Positions 20,345-32,560 of a stretch of DNA of 64,000 nt are shown here, piece after piece. Made by a program: the position numbers and the translations under genes. Each line of letters starts with the position of its first letter. The first letter of the stretch is position 1. The notes under the pieces were generated by a model. It was given only the letters and a program-made list of their open reading frames with translations, made no database searches and had not been told where the DNA came from. This DNA comes from an uncultured delta proteobacterium. Its GTDB lineage: Bacteria > Desulfobacterota > Binatia > UBA9968. The stretch lies in assembly GCA_963745035.1 (NCBI GenBank), contig CAVUVW010000013.1, positions 1,088,001 through 1,152,000 on the forward strand, in the 5' to 3' direction.

Positions 20345-20689
20345 CATGAGACGACCATCTCGGGCATGCCGGGCGACCGGTTGTCGATCACGTTGATGAT
20401 GGGACAATCGAACGACTGGTTCTACGCTCCGGCCGAATCCGGCATCCACCTGTTCCAAAACGGCAAAGCGATGAGCGGCGACATTTCCGCGCAGCTCTAT
20501 CTGTAGAATGCCGGCACCGAAGTGGATCAGGAAGCGGGCATCGGCTCGCAACAAGGACCGCGCCAGAAGGGGCCGAACACCGGCAAAGCCGAGAACGGCG
20601 TCGTGCAGAAAGTCCAAGACGGCAAACCTTACTCGAACGCTTCCAGCGTGCTGCGCGTCACCATCACGCCGGCAATCCCTGCGATGTAA
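20345..20689 (+). pseudogene. Spondin-domain protein, C-terminal remnant with an in-frame TAG
   Basis: PGDRLSITLMMGQSNDWFYAP...LYL*NAGTEVDQE..G..QGPRQ.GPNTG..ENGVV..LRVTITP; N-terminus not seen. Confidence 0.75.
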
Positions 20690-20721
20690 TATCGCGTATC
20701 TCGCGATCCTGCCCACAGCAT

Positions 20722-20770
20722 CGGCGGCCTGGTCGGATTCTGATAAATCCGGCCAGGCCGCCGCTTTTGT
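20722..20770 (+). terminator. Intrinsic terminator
   Basis: Long stem CGGCGGCCTGGTCGGATT/AATCCGGCCAGGCCGCCG followed by CTTTTGT. Confidence 0.7.
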
Positions 20771-20884
20771 ATTCGCTCATTTGGTCAAGCGATTGACTTA
20801 GGGTTCCGGGCGGGGACACTGCTTTGAATCCCTGTTCCGCGGCTGGCCATTTTTCGTCGGCAACGGCGTGCTAGAATTGAATCG

Positions 20885-22474
20885 ATGAACTTTTCCGACT
20901 TCGCCGCGCTGTGCTACGAGCTGGAGAAAACTCCGGGCCGCCTGGCGAAAGTCGCCGCGGCGGCCGACTACCTGCGCCGTCTTGAACCGCACGAAATCCG
21001 CCCGGGAGTGGCATTTTTGTCCGGCCGACCCTTTCCGGTTTCCGATCCGCGCACCCTCGACATCGGACCCGGAGTCGTTCACCCATGTCGCTGAAGTGCC
21101 GCAAGCCGAGGCCTCCGTCCTGCCTGCGCTGAAGCTCGTCGACGTCGCAAACAGCTTCGCCCAAATCGCCGAAGCATCCGGTAAAGGCTCGCGCGAGCTA
21201 AAGCATGCGCGGCTTCGAGAGCTCGTCGAAATGACTTCCGCGGAGGAGCGGCCGATTTTGTTTCGACTGCTCCACAACGAGCTGCGCATCGGACTCCACG
21301 ACGGGCTCATTCTGGAGGCGATAGCGCGCGCGTCCGGCGGCGAGCTCAAGGCCGCCCGCCGCGCCGCGCTCTTTCTTTCCGACCTCGCCGAAGTCGCTGT
21401 CGATCGCTTTGACTGAAAGCGCCGCCGGACTGCGCCGAAGTCGATATCAAACTTTTCGTCCCGCTCCTGCCGATGCTTTCCGAGCTTTCGCAGGATTTCG
21501 AGCAGATCCTCAAAGCGCACGATGGAAGGACCGCGCTCGAGTACAAATACGACGGCGCGCGCGTGCAGATCCACCGGGAGCGCGAGCAGGTTCGGATCTG
21601 GAGCCGGCGCCTGACCGAAGTTACGGCGAGCGTGCCGGAGATCGTCGAGATCGCGCGCAACGAACTGCAAGGAGAATCATTTATCCTCGACGCCGAAGTC
21701 GTAGCGACGGGGAATGACGGCCGCCCCTTTCCTTTTCAAGAACTGATGCGGCGTTTTCGGCGCGTTCACGACATCGAAACGGCGGCTGGGGAAATTCCGC
21801 TTTCCTTGCACCTGTTCGATTGCCTCTATTTGAACGGCCGCTCGCTCATCGACGAGACCTACGAGGCGCGCTGGCGCACGCTCGCAAAAATTTCACACGA
21901 CAAATATCTCGCGGCGCGAAAGATCGTCGGCGACAAAAGCGCAGCCGAGATCTTTCTCAGCCAATCCATCGCCGCGGGCCACGAAGGACTCATGGCCAAG
22001 GCGCTGAACAGCGCCTACATGCCGGGCAACCGCGGCAAGCTCTGGTTCAAAGTGAAACCGGCCGAGACCGTCGATTGCGTGATCCTCGCGGCCGATCGCG
22101 GCTCGGGAAGGCGGCGGGGTTGGCTTTCCAACTATCATCTGGCGGTGGCGAATGACGATGGCAGCTTCGCTCCCGTGGGCAAAACATTTAAGGGCCTCAC
22201 CGACAAGCAGTTCGACGAAATGACCGCGAGGCTGCAGGCGATACAATCGAGCGACGACGGCTATACCGTGACCGTCCGGCCCGAAGTCGTCGTCGAAGTC
22301 GCTTATAATGAAATCCAACACAGCCCGCAGTACAGCTCGGGTTTCGCCTTGAGATTCGCGCGCATCAAGAGAATTCGCGAGGACAAAGCGCCGGGACAAA
22401 TTACGACGCTTGCCGAGCTTCAATCGCTCTATGATCGCCAGTTCCAAACCAAGAGCCGCCGGCAGTCCGAGTAA
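20885..22474 (+). CDS. ATP-dependent DNA ligase (frameshifted in the 5' third)
   Basis: EYKYDGARVQIH, ILDAEVV, LFDCLYLNG, EGLMAK, WFKVK and OB-fold ALRFARIKRIREDK. Confidence 0.92.
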
Positions 22475-22542
22475 GCGACCTACCGGCGCTGGCTCATCCG
22501 CGTGGTTGACACCGCATCAATTTATCCGATACTTGGCCGCAT

Positions 22543-23935
<1,393 letters not shown>

Positions 23936-23956
23936 TCGCTAGGAAATCGGTTTTGC

Positions 23957-26469
23957 TCACCGCGATCGAGCGGCTGACTTGGCCTTGCGGGTTACGTTCT
24001 GCGGCTTGCCTATCGGTTTTGCCGCTACTACTTCGGTCGGTCGCAGCAAAGCCAGCGAAACCGGAATCAAAGAAAAATAGCACAGCGCGCCCAGCACGAG
24101 CGTCGCGCCGATGCCGAGCGCGAGGCTTAACGTCACGGCGATAATCGACGCAAGCACTCCGGCTGCGCCGTTGATCCCCCAAAACCACGGCGTCGGCTTG
24201 GCGTCGATTGCCGAAACCAGGCGCATGCCGGTGGGAAAGCCGAAGCCGAGCAAGATTCCCGCCGGAGCAATGACCGCCACGCATGCGCCGATTCTCATCC
24301 CAAGCTCGGCGGCGCTCAGCGCTTCGAACAACGGCCCGAGAAAAACCGGCAAGGACACGGCGTAGCCGCCGGTCGCGATACCCCACGCCACCAGCCGGCG
24401 GCCGCTTCCAAGCGCCAATTTTTCTGACATAAAACTGCCGATGCCGGTGGATAGAATCAGCGTCGAAAGCAGCACGCTCAACGAATAGACCGGATGGCCG
24501 AGAAAAATGCTCAAGCGCTGCAAGAGGCCGATCTCGATCAGCATGAAGCCCATGCCGATCAGCGAAAAATAAAGCGTGCCGTAGCTCACCAGCCGGCGAG
24601 CCGACTTGGCGCACCGCGCCGCGCAGCGGGATCAGCAATACGGCGACAACCAGAAGCAGCGCGATCGCGAAAAGCACGAGCAGAGTGGCCGTGGCGACGA
24701 GATTGCCGCGCCGCACGCCGCCCCCTTCCGAGGTGGTTGCGAGTACGCCGCGGACAAAAGCCAATGCGTCCAGCGGCCGCGAGAGCGGCAATTGGTTGAA
24801 GAAGAACGGCCGCTCATCGGTCGGCGGAGTGAGATCGAACGGCAGGTTGCCGGTAAACGATTCGAGCGAACGCCGATCCGGCGCATTGACGATGCGCGCG
24901 AGCACTCTCGAGGCGGGCTCGCGGCTCGGCGTGATGAGGATTTCGTGTTGATAGAACGCGGCCGCGTTTTCGAGCGCTTCGACATCGCCGGGAGACAACG
25001 GCGATCTGGAAAGCACCAACGTCGCGATGCGTCCTTCTGCGCGGCGAGAAAAAGATGGCGCCGCGGCTCGCGGATACCCGTCTCCAGGAGGGTCGCCACC
25101 GCCAAGCTGACGATCCTGCCGGTCTCGTCCGGCGCGCTCGGCTCGTACCAGCGGCTGACCGTGAGAACCCCTTTCGCGCTGAGGCGGCCGATAAACATCT
25201 TCCATGCTTCGACCGTATAAAGACCGTTCTCACTGAGCGTGAATGCGCCCGCGCCGGTCGCCGCCCAGGTGTCGACCAGGCTCATCTGGATCACGTCGAA
25301 GGAATTTCGATTGCGCGCCAGCCAGCTTCGCCCTTCATCGGCGACGAAGCGCACCCCGGGTAGCGCCGCAAGATTGGTAAAGTCCCGCAAGCCGTCGGCG
25401 CGCGTCTGCAGATCGACGAGAATCGGATTCAGCTCCACGGCGGTGATTTCTTTTAATCCGAACAGCGCCGCCGACAAGACATCGCGGCCGCCGCCGGCGC
25501 CGATCACCACGCCGCGTTCGCGGCCCGGCAGAAAGTAACCCAGGTTGGTCACGTCGTATTTGAGAAACTCGACCGTGTTGAAATTACCGTCGAAGCGGTA
25601 CGCCGTAGTGCCGGCGTCGCCGTCGATGAAAAGATCGACCTGCTCGGCGAGCCAGCGCCGCTCGAACATCTTCGGCGAGGGCCCCACATGATCGGCATGC
25701 CGGCGAACACCGGACTCACGTCCACGCGCGAAAAAGAATTCCAGCGCCGCAGTGCATGAGTTCCGGGAAATTCGAATTTGCCCTTGACCGCGATCGGCTG
25801 GAGGCCATGCTCGAGATGGGGATTGATCAGCGCCGCAAGCGGCAGTGCGAGAAAAATCCACCGGCGCTCCCACAGCCAGGTATGCAGTGGCGGTTTGCTT
25901 TCCGGCACGGTGCCGAGCCCGGAAGCGGCAAAGGCCAGCGCTCCCGCCGCGGCGAAAACCGCGACCCAGAGAACCGCGGACGGTCCGTCGGTGAGCTGCA
26001 ATAACAGCAGCGCGCCGACTGCGCCGCTCGCCGCGCCGACGAGGTCGACGCCATAAACGCGCGAGACCGGATAAGGGCTGCGGGTGAGCGCGAGACTGAT
26101 GACCACGCCGGCGAAAAAAAACGGCAGGGCCAAACAAACCGCAAGCTCGGTCCACACCCAAAACGTCGTGGCGAGCCGCGTGATCACCGGCGCCAGCGTC
26201 ATCTGCGCCGCGAGACAGACCGCAGTCGCAAAGGCAAGCAAGCCGCTGAAATACGCGAGATCGTAAGAAAGCGTCTTCGCCGTGAAGCGCTCGCCCTTCA
26301 GATAAACCCACACCGCGCCCGCGGTCAGCCCGAACATCGCCAGGCTGATCACGAAGAAAGCCAGGTGATACCAGACCACTACGGAAAGAATCCGCGTCTG
26401 GACGATCTGCAGCATCAAAGCCGCGAAGCTGACGAGAAATACGCCGATGTAGAAATTGCCCCTGCGCAT
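23957..26469 (-). CDS. Membrane protein with a spermidine-synthase-like SAM-binding domain (split by frameshifts)
   Basis: N-terminal TMs (QTRILSVVVWYHLAFFVISLAMFG); central VIGAGGGRDV..AVELNP..EGRSWL..LSENGLYTVEA; C-terminal TMs (FLGHPVYSL, GFPTGMR, WGING). Confidence 0.82.
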
Positions 26470-26757
26470 GAAAATCGGCTATTCGGCAGTCGCGGCGAGA
26501 AAATGGCGGCGTCGCAAATGCGCGGCGGCGCGCTCTAGGTCTCCCGCTCTGGTCCGGCGCCATCTTGCCCAGCTCTTCAAGGCGTGGCAAGTAAAGCAGA
26601 CAAGAATTTTTCGGCGCATCAGATCGAGCCTTTCTCGTTCGTTTCTCTAACACGCGCAGGGAAAAATTTCGACGCTAAAATTATGTCCGCGCCGGTACTC
26701 CGCGAGAGCTCGCCGCCGGTCGCGATCCGAGCGGTGACGCTCGCGAGCATATTGTCG

Positions 26758-27987
26758 ATGACTGCATTATTGAATCCCAGCCCACTCGCCCGCGGCCTGA
26801 CGACGCTCTACACGAGCGCGCTGCTCGCCGGCATGTGGTCGATGATCGTGCCGGCGATTCCGGTGCTGGCGAAGTCCTTCGGCATCAGCCCCGGCACCGC
26901 CGCGCAGATCATCACCGCGCTCGCCCTCGGCCGGTTCGCCGGCATGCCGATCAGCGGCATCGTGCTCGACCGCATGGGAACGCGCGCCGCGCTCACATCG
27001 GGCCCCGCGCTGGTCACCGCCGCGGCGCTCCTGGCCGGCGTCACGCCCTGGTTCGGCGCGATCCTCGCTTTAGTTTTCTTGATCGGCATCGGCGAAAGCA
27101 TCTGGGTGATCGCGCGCGAAGTGGCGGGCATCGATCTTGCGCGCCAGGACCAGCGCGGCCGGGTTTTGAGCGGCTTTCACGGCATCAACAATCTCGGCCT
27201 TGCCTTGGGCCCGCTCCTCGGCGGATTGCTCACCGAGTCGTTCGGTTTTCGCGCGGTTTTTTTCGCCTACGCCGGCTGCTCCACTGCATCGATTCTGTTG
27301 GCCGCGACCGTCGCCGCCGCGCCGGCGGCGCCGCCCGACAAAGCGATCGCCAAACCGAATTGGAGTTTTGCCGCGCTCAGCGGCCATTTGCGCGGCTTGA
27401 AGGAGTTGTTCCAGCAGATCGATCCCGACCTGCGCGCGACCTATGTCGTCCTCACCTTCGCCACCTTGACCAGCTTCATGCATCGCGTGACGACCCAGAG
27501 CATGCTGCCGCTGCTGGCAAGCGCGGATCTCGGCCTGTCGCCCAAAGACATCGGCATGCTGTTCACGATCTCCGGAGTGTCGGTCTTCGCGATGATCCTG
27601 CCCGCCGGCTTCGTCATCGACAAAGTCGGCAGAAAATGGGCCACGGTGCCGAGCACAGGCATTCCCGCCATCGCTTTTCTGTTCATCCCCTTCGCGCAGA
27701 ATTTTTTTCAGCTCGCCGTGCTGCTCTCTTTTCTCGGCATCGCCAACGGCCTGTCGCTCGGATCGCTCGCGACCTCGACCTTCGACGTGGTTCCCGCGCA
27801 CGCGCGCGGCCGGCTCCAGGCGGCGCGCCGCACCATCGCCGAGACCGGCGGGGTCGCCGCGCCGCTGCTCGGCGGCTGGCTCGCCGACCGCTTCGATCCC
27901 GGCGTGCCGTTTCTCGCCTACGCGCCGCTGCTCGTGCTTTCCGCCCTGCTGCTCGCCCTCGTCGCCCGCGAAACGCTGCAAAAGTGA
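26758..27987 (+). CDS. MFS transporter
   Basis: About 12 hydrophobic segments; GIVLDRMG and GFVIDKVGRK motif A. Confidence 0.9.
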   Translation: MTALLNPSPLARGLTTLYTSALLAGMWSMIVPAIPVLAKSFGISPGTAAQIITALALGRFAGMPISGIVLDRMGTRAALTSGPALVTAAALLAGVTPWFGAILALVFLIGIGESIWVIAREVAGIDLARQDQRGRVLSGFHGINNLGLALGPLLGGLLTESFGFRAVFFAYAGCSTASILLAATVAAAPAAPPDKAIAKPNWSFAALSGHLRGLKELFQQIDPDLRATYVVLTFATLTSFMHRVTTQSMLPLLASADLGLSPKDIGMLFTISGVSVFAMILPAGFVIDKVGRKWATVPSTGIPAIAFLFIPFAQNFFQLAVLLSFLGIANGLSLGSLATSTFDVVPAHARGRLQAARRTIAETGGVAAPLLGGWLADRFDPGVPFLAYAPLLVLSALLLALVARETLQK

Positions 27988-28066
27988 GAGCGCGTCTCAA
28001 GTGCTGGCGTATGCGGCTCGCTGATTTTAATATCCGCCGATTTCAAAATTGCTGCTTGATTCGAGC

Positions 28067-28095
28067 TCTCATCCTGAACGGTAGTGAAGGATCTG
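28067..28095 (+). repeat. Half copy of the TGTCAT-family element
   Basis: TCTCATCCTGAACGGTAGTGAAGGATCTG. Confidence 0.5.
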
Positions 28096-28175
28096 CTTGC
28101 ATTGAGCACCGCTTGTACGCTCGTTCGATTTCAGGGAATTTTTGTCTATAATGGCGGACCGAAGGCGTTGATGAA

Positions 28176-29261
28176 ATGGATATGCAGTATCGAACCGACG
28201 ATCTCAGGATAAAGGAAATCAAAGAGCTGGCCTCGCCGTCGCAGGTGTTGGGCGATTTTCCCATTACCACGAAGGCGGCGCGCACCGTCTATGAAACACG
28301 CCACGCGATCCATCGGATTCTCCACGGCGCCGATGATCGTTTGTTGGTGATCGCCGGCCCGTGCTCGATCCACGACGTGAAGGCGGGCAAGGAATACGCC
28401 GCCAAGCTCGGCGAAGCCAAGGAGCGTTGGGCCGACGATCTTTTGATTGTGATGCGGGTCTATTTCGAAAAGCCGCGCACCACGGTGGGCTGGAAGGGCC
28501 TGATCAACGATCCCAATCTCGACGGCAGTTTTCGTATCAACGAGGGACTGCGCGTGGCGCGCCAGCTCTTGCTCGAATTGAACGAAGCCGGCATGCCCGC
28601 CGGCTCGGAATTTCTCGACATGATCACGCCGCAGTATATCGCCGACCTGGTGTCCTGGGGCGCCATCGGCGCGCGCACAACCGAGAGCCAGGTGCATCGC
28701 GAGTTGGCTTCCGGCCTTTCCTGCCCCGTCGGCTTCAAGAACGGCACCGACGGCAACGTGCGCATCGCCATGGACGCGATCCGCGCCGCCCAGGCGCCGC
28801 ATCATTTTCTTTCGGTCACCAAGGCGGGACATTCGGCCATCGTATCCACCGCCGGCAACGAGGATTGCCATATTATTCTGCGCGGCGGCAACCAGCCGAA
28901 TTACGATGCTGCCAGCGTCGATGCCACGGCGAAAAGTCTCGCCGAAGCGGGAATTCCGGCGCGCATTATGATCGACTGCAGCCACGGTAACAGCGGCAAA
29001 GATCCGGCCAAGCAGGTTGGCGCCGGGCGCAACGTCGCCGAACAAATCGCCGCCGGCGATTCGCGCATTTTCGGCATCATGGTGGAAAGCCATCTCAAAG
29101 CCGGCCGCCAGGATCTCATCCCGGGAAAAACGCTCACCTACGGCCAGAGCATCACCGACGCCTGCGTCGGCTGGGACGACACGCGCATTTTGATCGATGC
29201 GCTGGCTAACGCTGTGCGCCAGCGGCGGGCGAAAGCCGCCGCCAGCGGCGAATCCGAATAG
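28176..29261 (+). CDS. aroG: DAHP synthase, class I-alpha (AroG/F/H type)
   Basis: GPCSIHD, MRVYFEKPRTTVGWKG, IGARTTESQVHRELASGLS, DCSHGNS and YGQSITDAC. Confidence 0.95.
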   Translation: MDMQYRTDDLRIKEIKELASPSQVLGDFPITTKAARTVYETRHAIHRILHGADDRLLVIAGPCSIHDVKAGKEYAAKLGEAKERWADDLLIVMRVYFEKPRTTVGWKGLINDPNLDGSFRINEGLRVARQLLLELNEAGMPAGSEFLDMITPQYIADLVSWGAIGARTTESQVHRELASGLSCPVGFKNGTDGNVRIAMDAIRAAQAPHHFLSVTKAGHSAIVSTAGNEDCHIILRGGNQPNYDAASVDATAKSLAEAGIPARIMIDCSHGNSGKDPAKQVGAGRNVAEQIAAGDSRIFGIMVESHLKAGRQDLIPGKTLTYGQSITDACVGWDDTRILIDALANAVRQRRAKAAASGESE

Positions 29262-29350
29262 CCGATCCAATCCACTCAAGCGATTGGGCTGTCGCCGGAA
29301 AAAATATTATGTCCTTCTTGGAATCGCCTTCGTTTGACAAAGTTAAAGTT

Positions 29351-29436
29351 CGTCATGCCGGCGAATGCCGGCATCCAGGTTCATTTCCGTTCACACTAAA
29401 AATGCGGTCTGGATTCCGGCTTACGCCGGAATGACG
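29351..29436. repeat. REP-like palindrome (CGTCATGCCGGC...GCCGGAATGACG)
   Basis: CGTCATGCCGGCGAATGCCGGCATCCAG ... CTGGATTCCGGCTTACGCCGGAATGACG. Confidence 0.85.
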
Positions 29437-29499
29437 GAAGCGTCTCCCACACTCGCCTCACGCTCTACTGCTGGGGCGGTCTAGGCGCAACATCGATCC

Positions 29500-30761
29500 A
29501 TGCTCACTAAACTCACCGGACTTTTTTACGGCTGGCGCATGGTGGCCGCCTCGGCGGCGGTGCGCCTGCTCGGCGCCGGTCTTCACAGCTACGGCTTTAC
29601 GGTTTTCTTTTTGCCGCTCAGCCAGGAGCTGAATCTTAGCCGGACCGCGACCTCCTTCGCGTTTTCCCTCGCGCGCGCCGAAGGCGCCATCGAAGGTCCC
29701 ATCGTCGGCCACATGCTTCATCGCTACGGCCCCCGTCCGGTGATGCTGGTCGCGGTGGCGCTCATGGGCGTCGGCTATCTCCTGCTTTCTCAAGCGACCA
29801 GCTACGTAACGTTCTTGATCGTCTACACGGGCCTTGATTTCTCTCGCCCACGCCGGCGGCTTCATGCATGCGCCGATGACCTTGACCAATACCTGGTTTA
29901 TTCGCTTGCGCGCCCGCGCCATGACGATCAACAGCGCGGCCTACGGTCTCGGCGGCGTGCTGCTCGCGCCGCTGCTCAGCGTGATCGTGCACTCCTGGGG
30001 CTGGCGCTGGGGCGCCGCGGCGGCGGGCATGGCGTTTCTGCTGATCGGCCTGCCGCTTGTGTCTGACGATTCGCAACTCGCCCGAGAGCATGGGCCTGCT
30101 GCCCGACGGAGAGACTCACCAGGCCGCTGCATCGAGCGGCAAACAAAGTCACCGCCCGGCGGTTGCCGAAGCCGAAGTCACCGCTAGTCAAGCCATACGC
30201 TCATTTGCTTTTTGGGCGCTCGTGTTCGGCGCGGGAGTCCGCAACGCGGCTTATCATGCGATCTCGACGCATTTCATTCCGCTCATGGTTTGGAAAGGCA
30301 TGAGCCAGCAGGAAGCCACTCTAATGCTGAGCGCGTTCGCCTTTCTCGGCTTTGCTTCCACGCTGATTTTCGGCTGGCTCGCCGACTCAATGAATAAGCC
30401 GCGCCTCGTTTCCTTCATTCTCTTCACTGCGGGAGTTTCGATTTGCTTTCTCATATTCGGCGATTCCATCCTGCCTTTGGGGATTTTTATTCTGCTCTTC
30501 ACCACGGTGGAAGCCACGTACCCCGTGGCTTGGGCGATGGTCGGCGATATTTTCGGCCGAAAACACTTCCCCAAAATTCGCGGTTACATGAGCGTATTTT
30601 ATGTTTGGGGAAGCGTTACCGGCCCGGTCATTGCCGGCGCGGTCTGGGACCGCTGGGAAAGTTACGAGCCGATGCTGTGGGGATTGGTGTTGATGTTTTT
30701 TCTTTCAGGAGCCTTCTACACCGTGCTCGGTAAACCTTGGGCGCGGCCGAAAAATACTTAA
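29500..30761 (+). CDS. MFS transporter (two frameshifts)
   Basis: FYGWRMVAA, FTVFFLPL, RYGPR, RNSPESMGLLPDG, GWLAD and DIFGRKHF spread over three frames. Confidence 0.85.
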
Positions 30762-30765
30762 CGCC

Positions 30766-30840
30766 CGTTCAAAGTTCAATGTGCAAAGTCTGGCGATCGG
30801 GCATGAAGAGATCCCGCCTAGATTTGGAACGTTAAACATT
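30766..30840. repeat. GTTCAA-unit hairpin repeat (7-bp period) at the left edge of the island
   Basis: GTTCAAA GTTCAAT GTGCAAA ... TTGGAAC GTTAAAC. Confidence 0.5.
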
Positions 30841-30848
30841 CGTTTTGA

Positions 30849-30874
30849 TTTGAAGCGTCGTTCAGTTCAATCTC
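30849..30874 (+). repeat. 70-bp palindrome family, copy 0 (right half only)
   Basis: TTTGAAGCGTCGTTCAGTTCAATCTC. Confidence 0.85.
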
Positions 30875-31265
30875 GGCAATGATCTGGTTTTTATTGTTCG
30901 CCATACTAACATTATGCTGATCGGCCTTTGACGAAGGGTATGTTTTCACCAGCCTTCGATTTTCATGCTACTAACCCTTTGAGTTCTTCTCCGTTAGGTA
31001 CTTCTTCATAACAAGGCGCTTCTTTTGTCTCTTGCGCCTGTAGGTATTTTTTCGTGCGTCCTGCTTCAGGCTTCTTCTCCTTGTAAGCCGGCATAAACCG
31101 GCGGGTTGTTTGCGGGTGGGAGTCGCACGGCTAAGGGCTTGCGACCCATGCCGGCCTTGAGTCACGCGTGGCTGTCCGCAAGTTCAGCCACGCAGCGTTG
31201 ATAAAGGAACGTGCAGCCGCTTCGTCATCTATTCGTCCAAATGCCGCGACACCAAGACGCAATTG

Positions 31266-31739
31266 TCACTGTACCAACGGTACCGTAGCGGCAAGATCGT
31301 ACTTAATGACGGCTCGGATCTTGTTTTCAATTTGTAGATATCGCGCTACCTTCGTCGCTGGCAACGCCTTGTTTAGCTTCGGAACAGAGGAGCTTTTGAG
31401 CTTGACCTCAGCTTGCTCAATCGATAGGTACTCATCGGTCAGCTTCTTCGCTTTTTCGTCGGTCATCGATTTGTTCTTGTAGTCCGCCGCATAGCTATGC
31501 AGCGCCTGGATGAGGCGCTCGTTGATCTTCTGCAGATCCTTCTGATAGTCCTCGTAAATCGGCCAGAAATTCTTTGCCTCTGACTCTGTCAACTCCATGT
31601 TCGTCGCGACCAGAAGCTTCTTGTCTGCTTTAATCTTCTCGCGCAGAATCTGCATGTTGTCCGCCGGTTTGTCCTGCGTCAGCGCGGGCAATGGCACTAA
31701 GCCCAACAGCAATGCTATAGCTAAAATAGTCTGCCTCAC
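31266..31739 (-). CDS. Secreted alpha-helical protein (Spy/CpxP-like hypothetical)
   Basis: GGGAGG RBS and GTG start; signal peptide; MELTESEAKNFWPIYEDYQKDL and KVARYLQIENKIRA. Confidence 0.75.
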   Translation of the reverse strand: MRQTILAIALLLGLVPLPALTQDKPADNMQILREKIKADKKLLVATNMELTESEAKNFWPIYEDYQKDLQKINERLIQALHSYAADYKNKSMTDEKAKKLTDEYLSIEQAEVKLKSSSVPKLNKALPATKVARYLQIENKIRAVIKYDLAATVPLVQ

Positions 31740-31894
31740 TGATTCGTCCTCCCTTATGCTGTAATTTCGGTATTGAGTTTTTATACTGGAGATTGAGTTG
31801 GATTTCCATATTTCACGTTCGATCGGGTAGAGATTCCTGACCAATTTGGTGTGGAAGCAAAATGTAAACACTTTGAGCCGGAACAGGCTACGGC

Positions 31895-31938
31895 GGAGCC
31901 ACCCGGCGGATTCGAACCGCCGACCTGCTGATTACGAA
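31895..31938 (-). tRNA. tRNA-Thr(CGT) 3' half only (att-site-like fragment, not a complete tRNA)
   Basis: Reverse complement TTCGTAA TCAGCAGGTC GGCGG TTCGAAT CCGCC GGGTGGC TCC = anticodon loop, T-arm and 3' acceptor strand; no D-arm upstream. Confidence 0.85.
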
Positions 31939-32147
31939 AAACAATAAAGAACTTGGCAACATAACTCAACCAGCGAAAAACCAGCAAAACTAGCGAGAAT
32001 CAAGTTATTGGCAAGATGTTACTCTGATCAAACCGTGTTGGCGCGGAAACAATATGGAAACAGGAGCAACGAATAGATTACAACCTGGGGCTCAGCACGA
32101 GCAGGGTTCAGCAGGTCCAGAACCAGAGTTGTGCAGCAGCGAGTCAG

Positions 32148-32285
32148 AAGGGTGCTAAGCCGGCTGATCTGCCTGTGGAGCAGAGGAAGACGTTTGAATT
32201 TGTCGTTAATCTCAAAACCGCCAAAGGGATCGGGCTCGACATTCCGCAGTCGGTGCTGTTCCGAGCCGACAGGGTGATCAAATGA
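32148..32285 (+). pseudogene. Isolated 3' tail of a COG2984-type ABC SBP gene
   Basis: [45 protein letters not shown]. Confidence 0.9.
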
Positions 32286-32289
32286 AGCC

Positions 32290-32361
32290 AGGACTGAATT
32301 GAATTCTCCATCAACGCAATCTCGCGTGGCATCACATTGAAGCGTCGTTCAGTTCAATCCT
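32290..32361 (+). repeat. 70-bp palindrome family, copy 1
   Basis: AGGACTGAATTGAATTCTCCATCAA-var-ATCACATTGAAGCGTCGTTCAGTTCAATCCT. Confidence 0.92.
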
Positions 32362-32467
32362 AGGTTGAAATTAGCCTTTTTCCCCTCGACGAATCCGGTT
32401 TTTGTTCTGCCGTAAACAACCCTTTTTTAAGTCTCCGTGTTCGTGATAAATAAACTCACGAGGTGGG

Positions 32468-32549
32468 CTGGTCAATCTGAAGACGGCCAAGCAGCTCGCC
32501 TAACTATTCCGCCCAATGTCCTGGCCAGAGCGGATGGGTGATGAAGTGA
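32468..32549 (+). pseudogene. Isolated degenerate SBP 3' tail
   Basis: VNLKTAKQL.LTIPPNVLARAD.VMK* with two single-base deletions. Confidence 0.8.
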
Positions 32550-32560
32550 ACATAGCCGAC

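Noticed and set aside
20504-20506. In-frame TAG as pyrrolysine or readthrough
   Set aside because: It sits at an expected Trp (TGG to TAG) in a gene already truncated at the 5' end; no pyl genes seen.
30895-30922. dif-like site GTTCGCCATAC-TAACA-TTATGCTGATC near the island's left edge
   Set aside because: The spacer is 5 bp rather than 6 and both arms deviate; too weak to call.
30971-31165. 64-aa basic ORF in the island
   Set aside because: No clear RBS or recognisable motif; cannot be supported as a gene.
31895-31938. Complete functional tRNA-Thr
   Set aside because: No D-arm or 5' acceptor strand upstream of the anticodon loop; only the 3' half is present.
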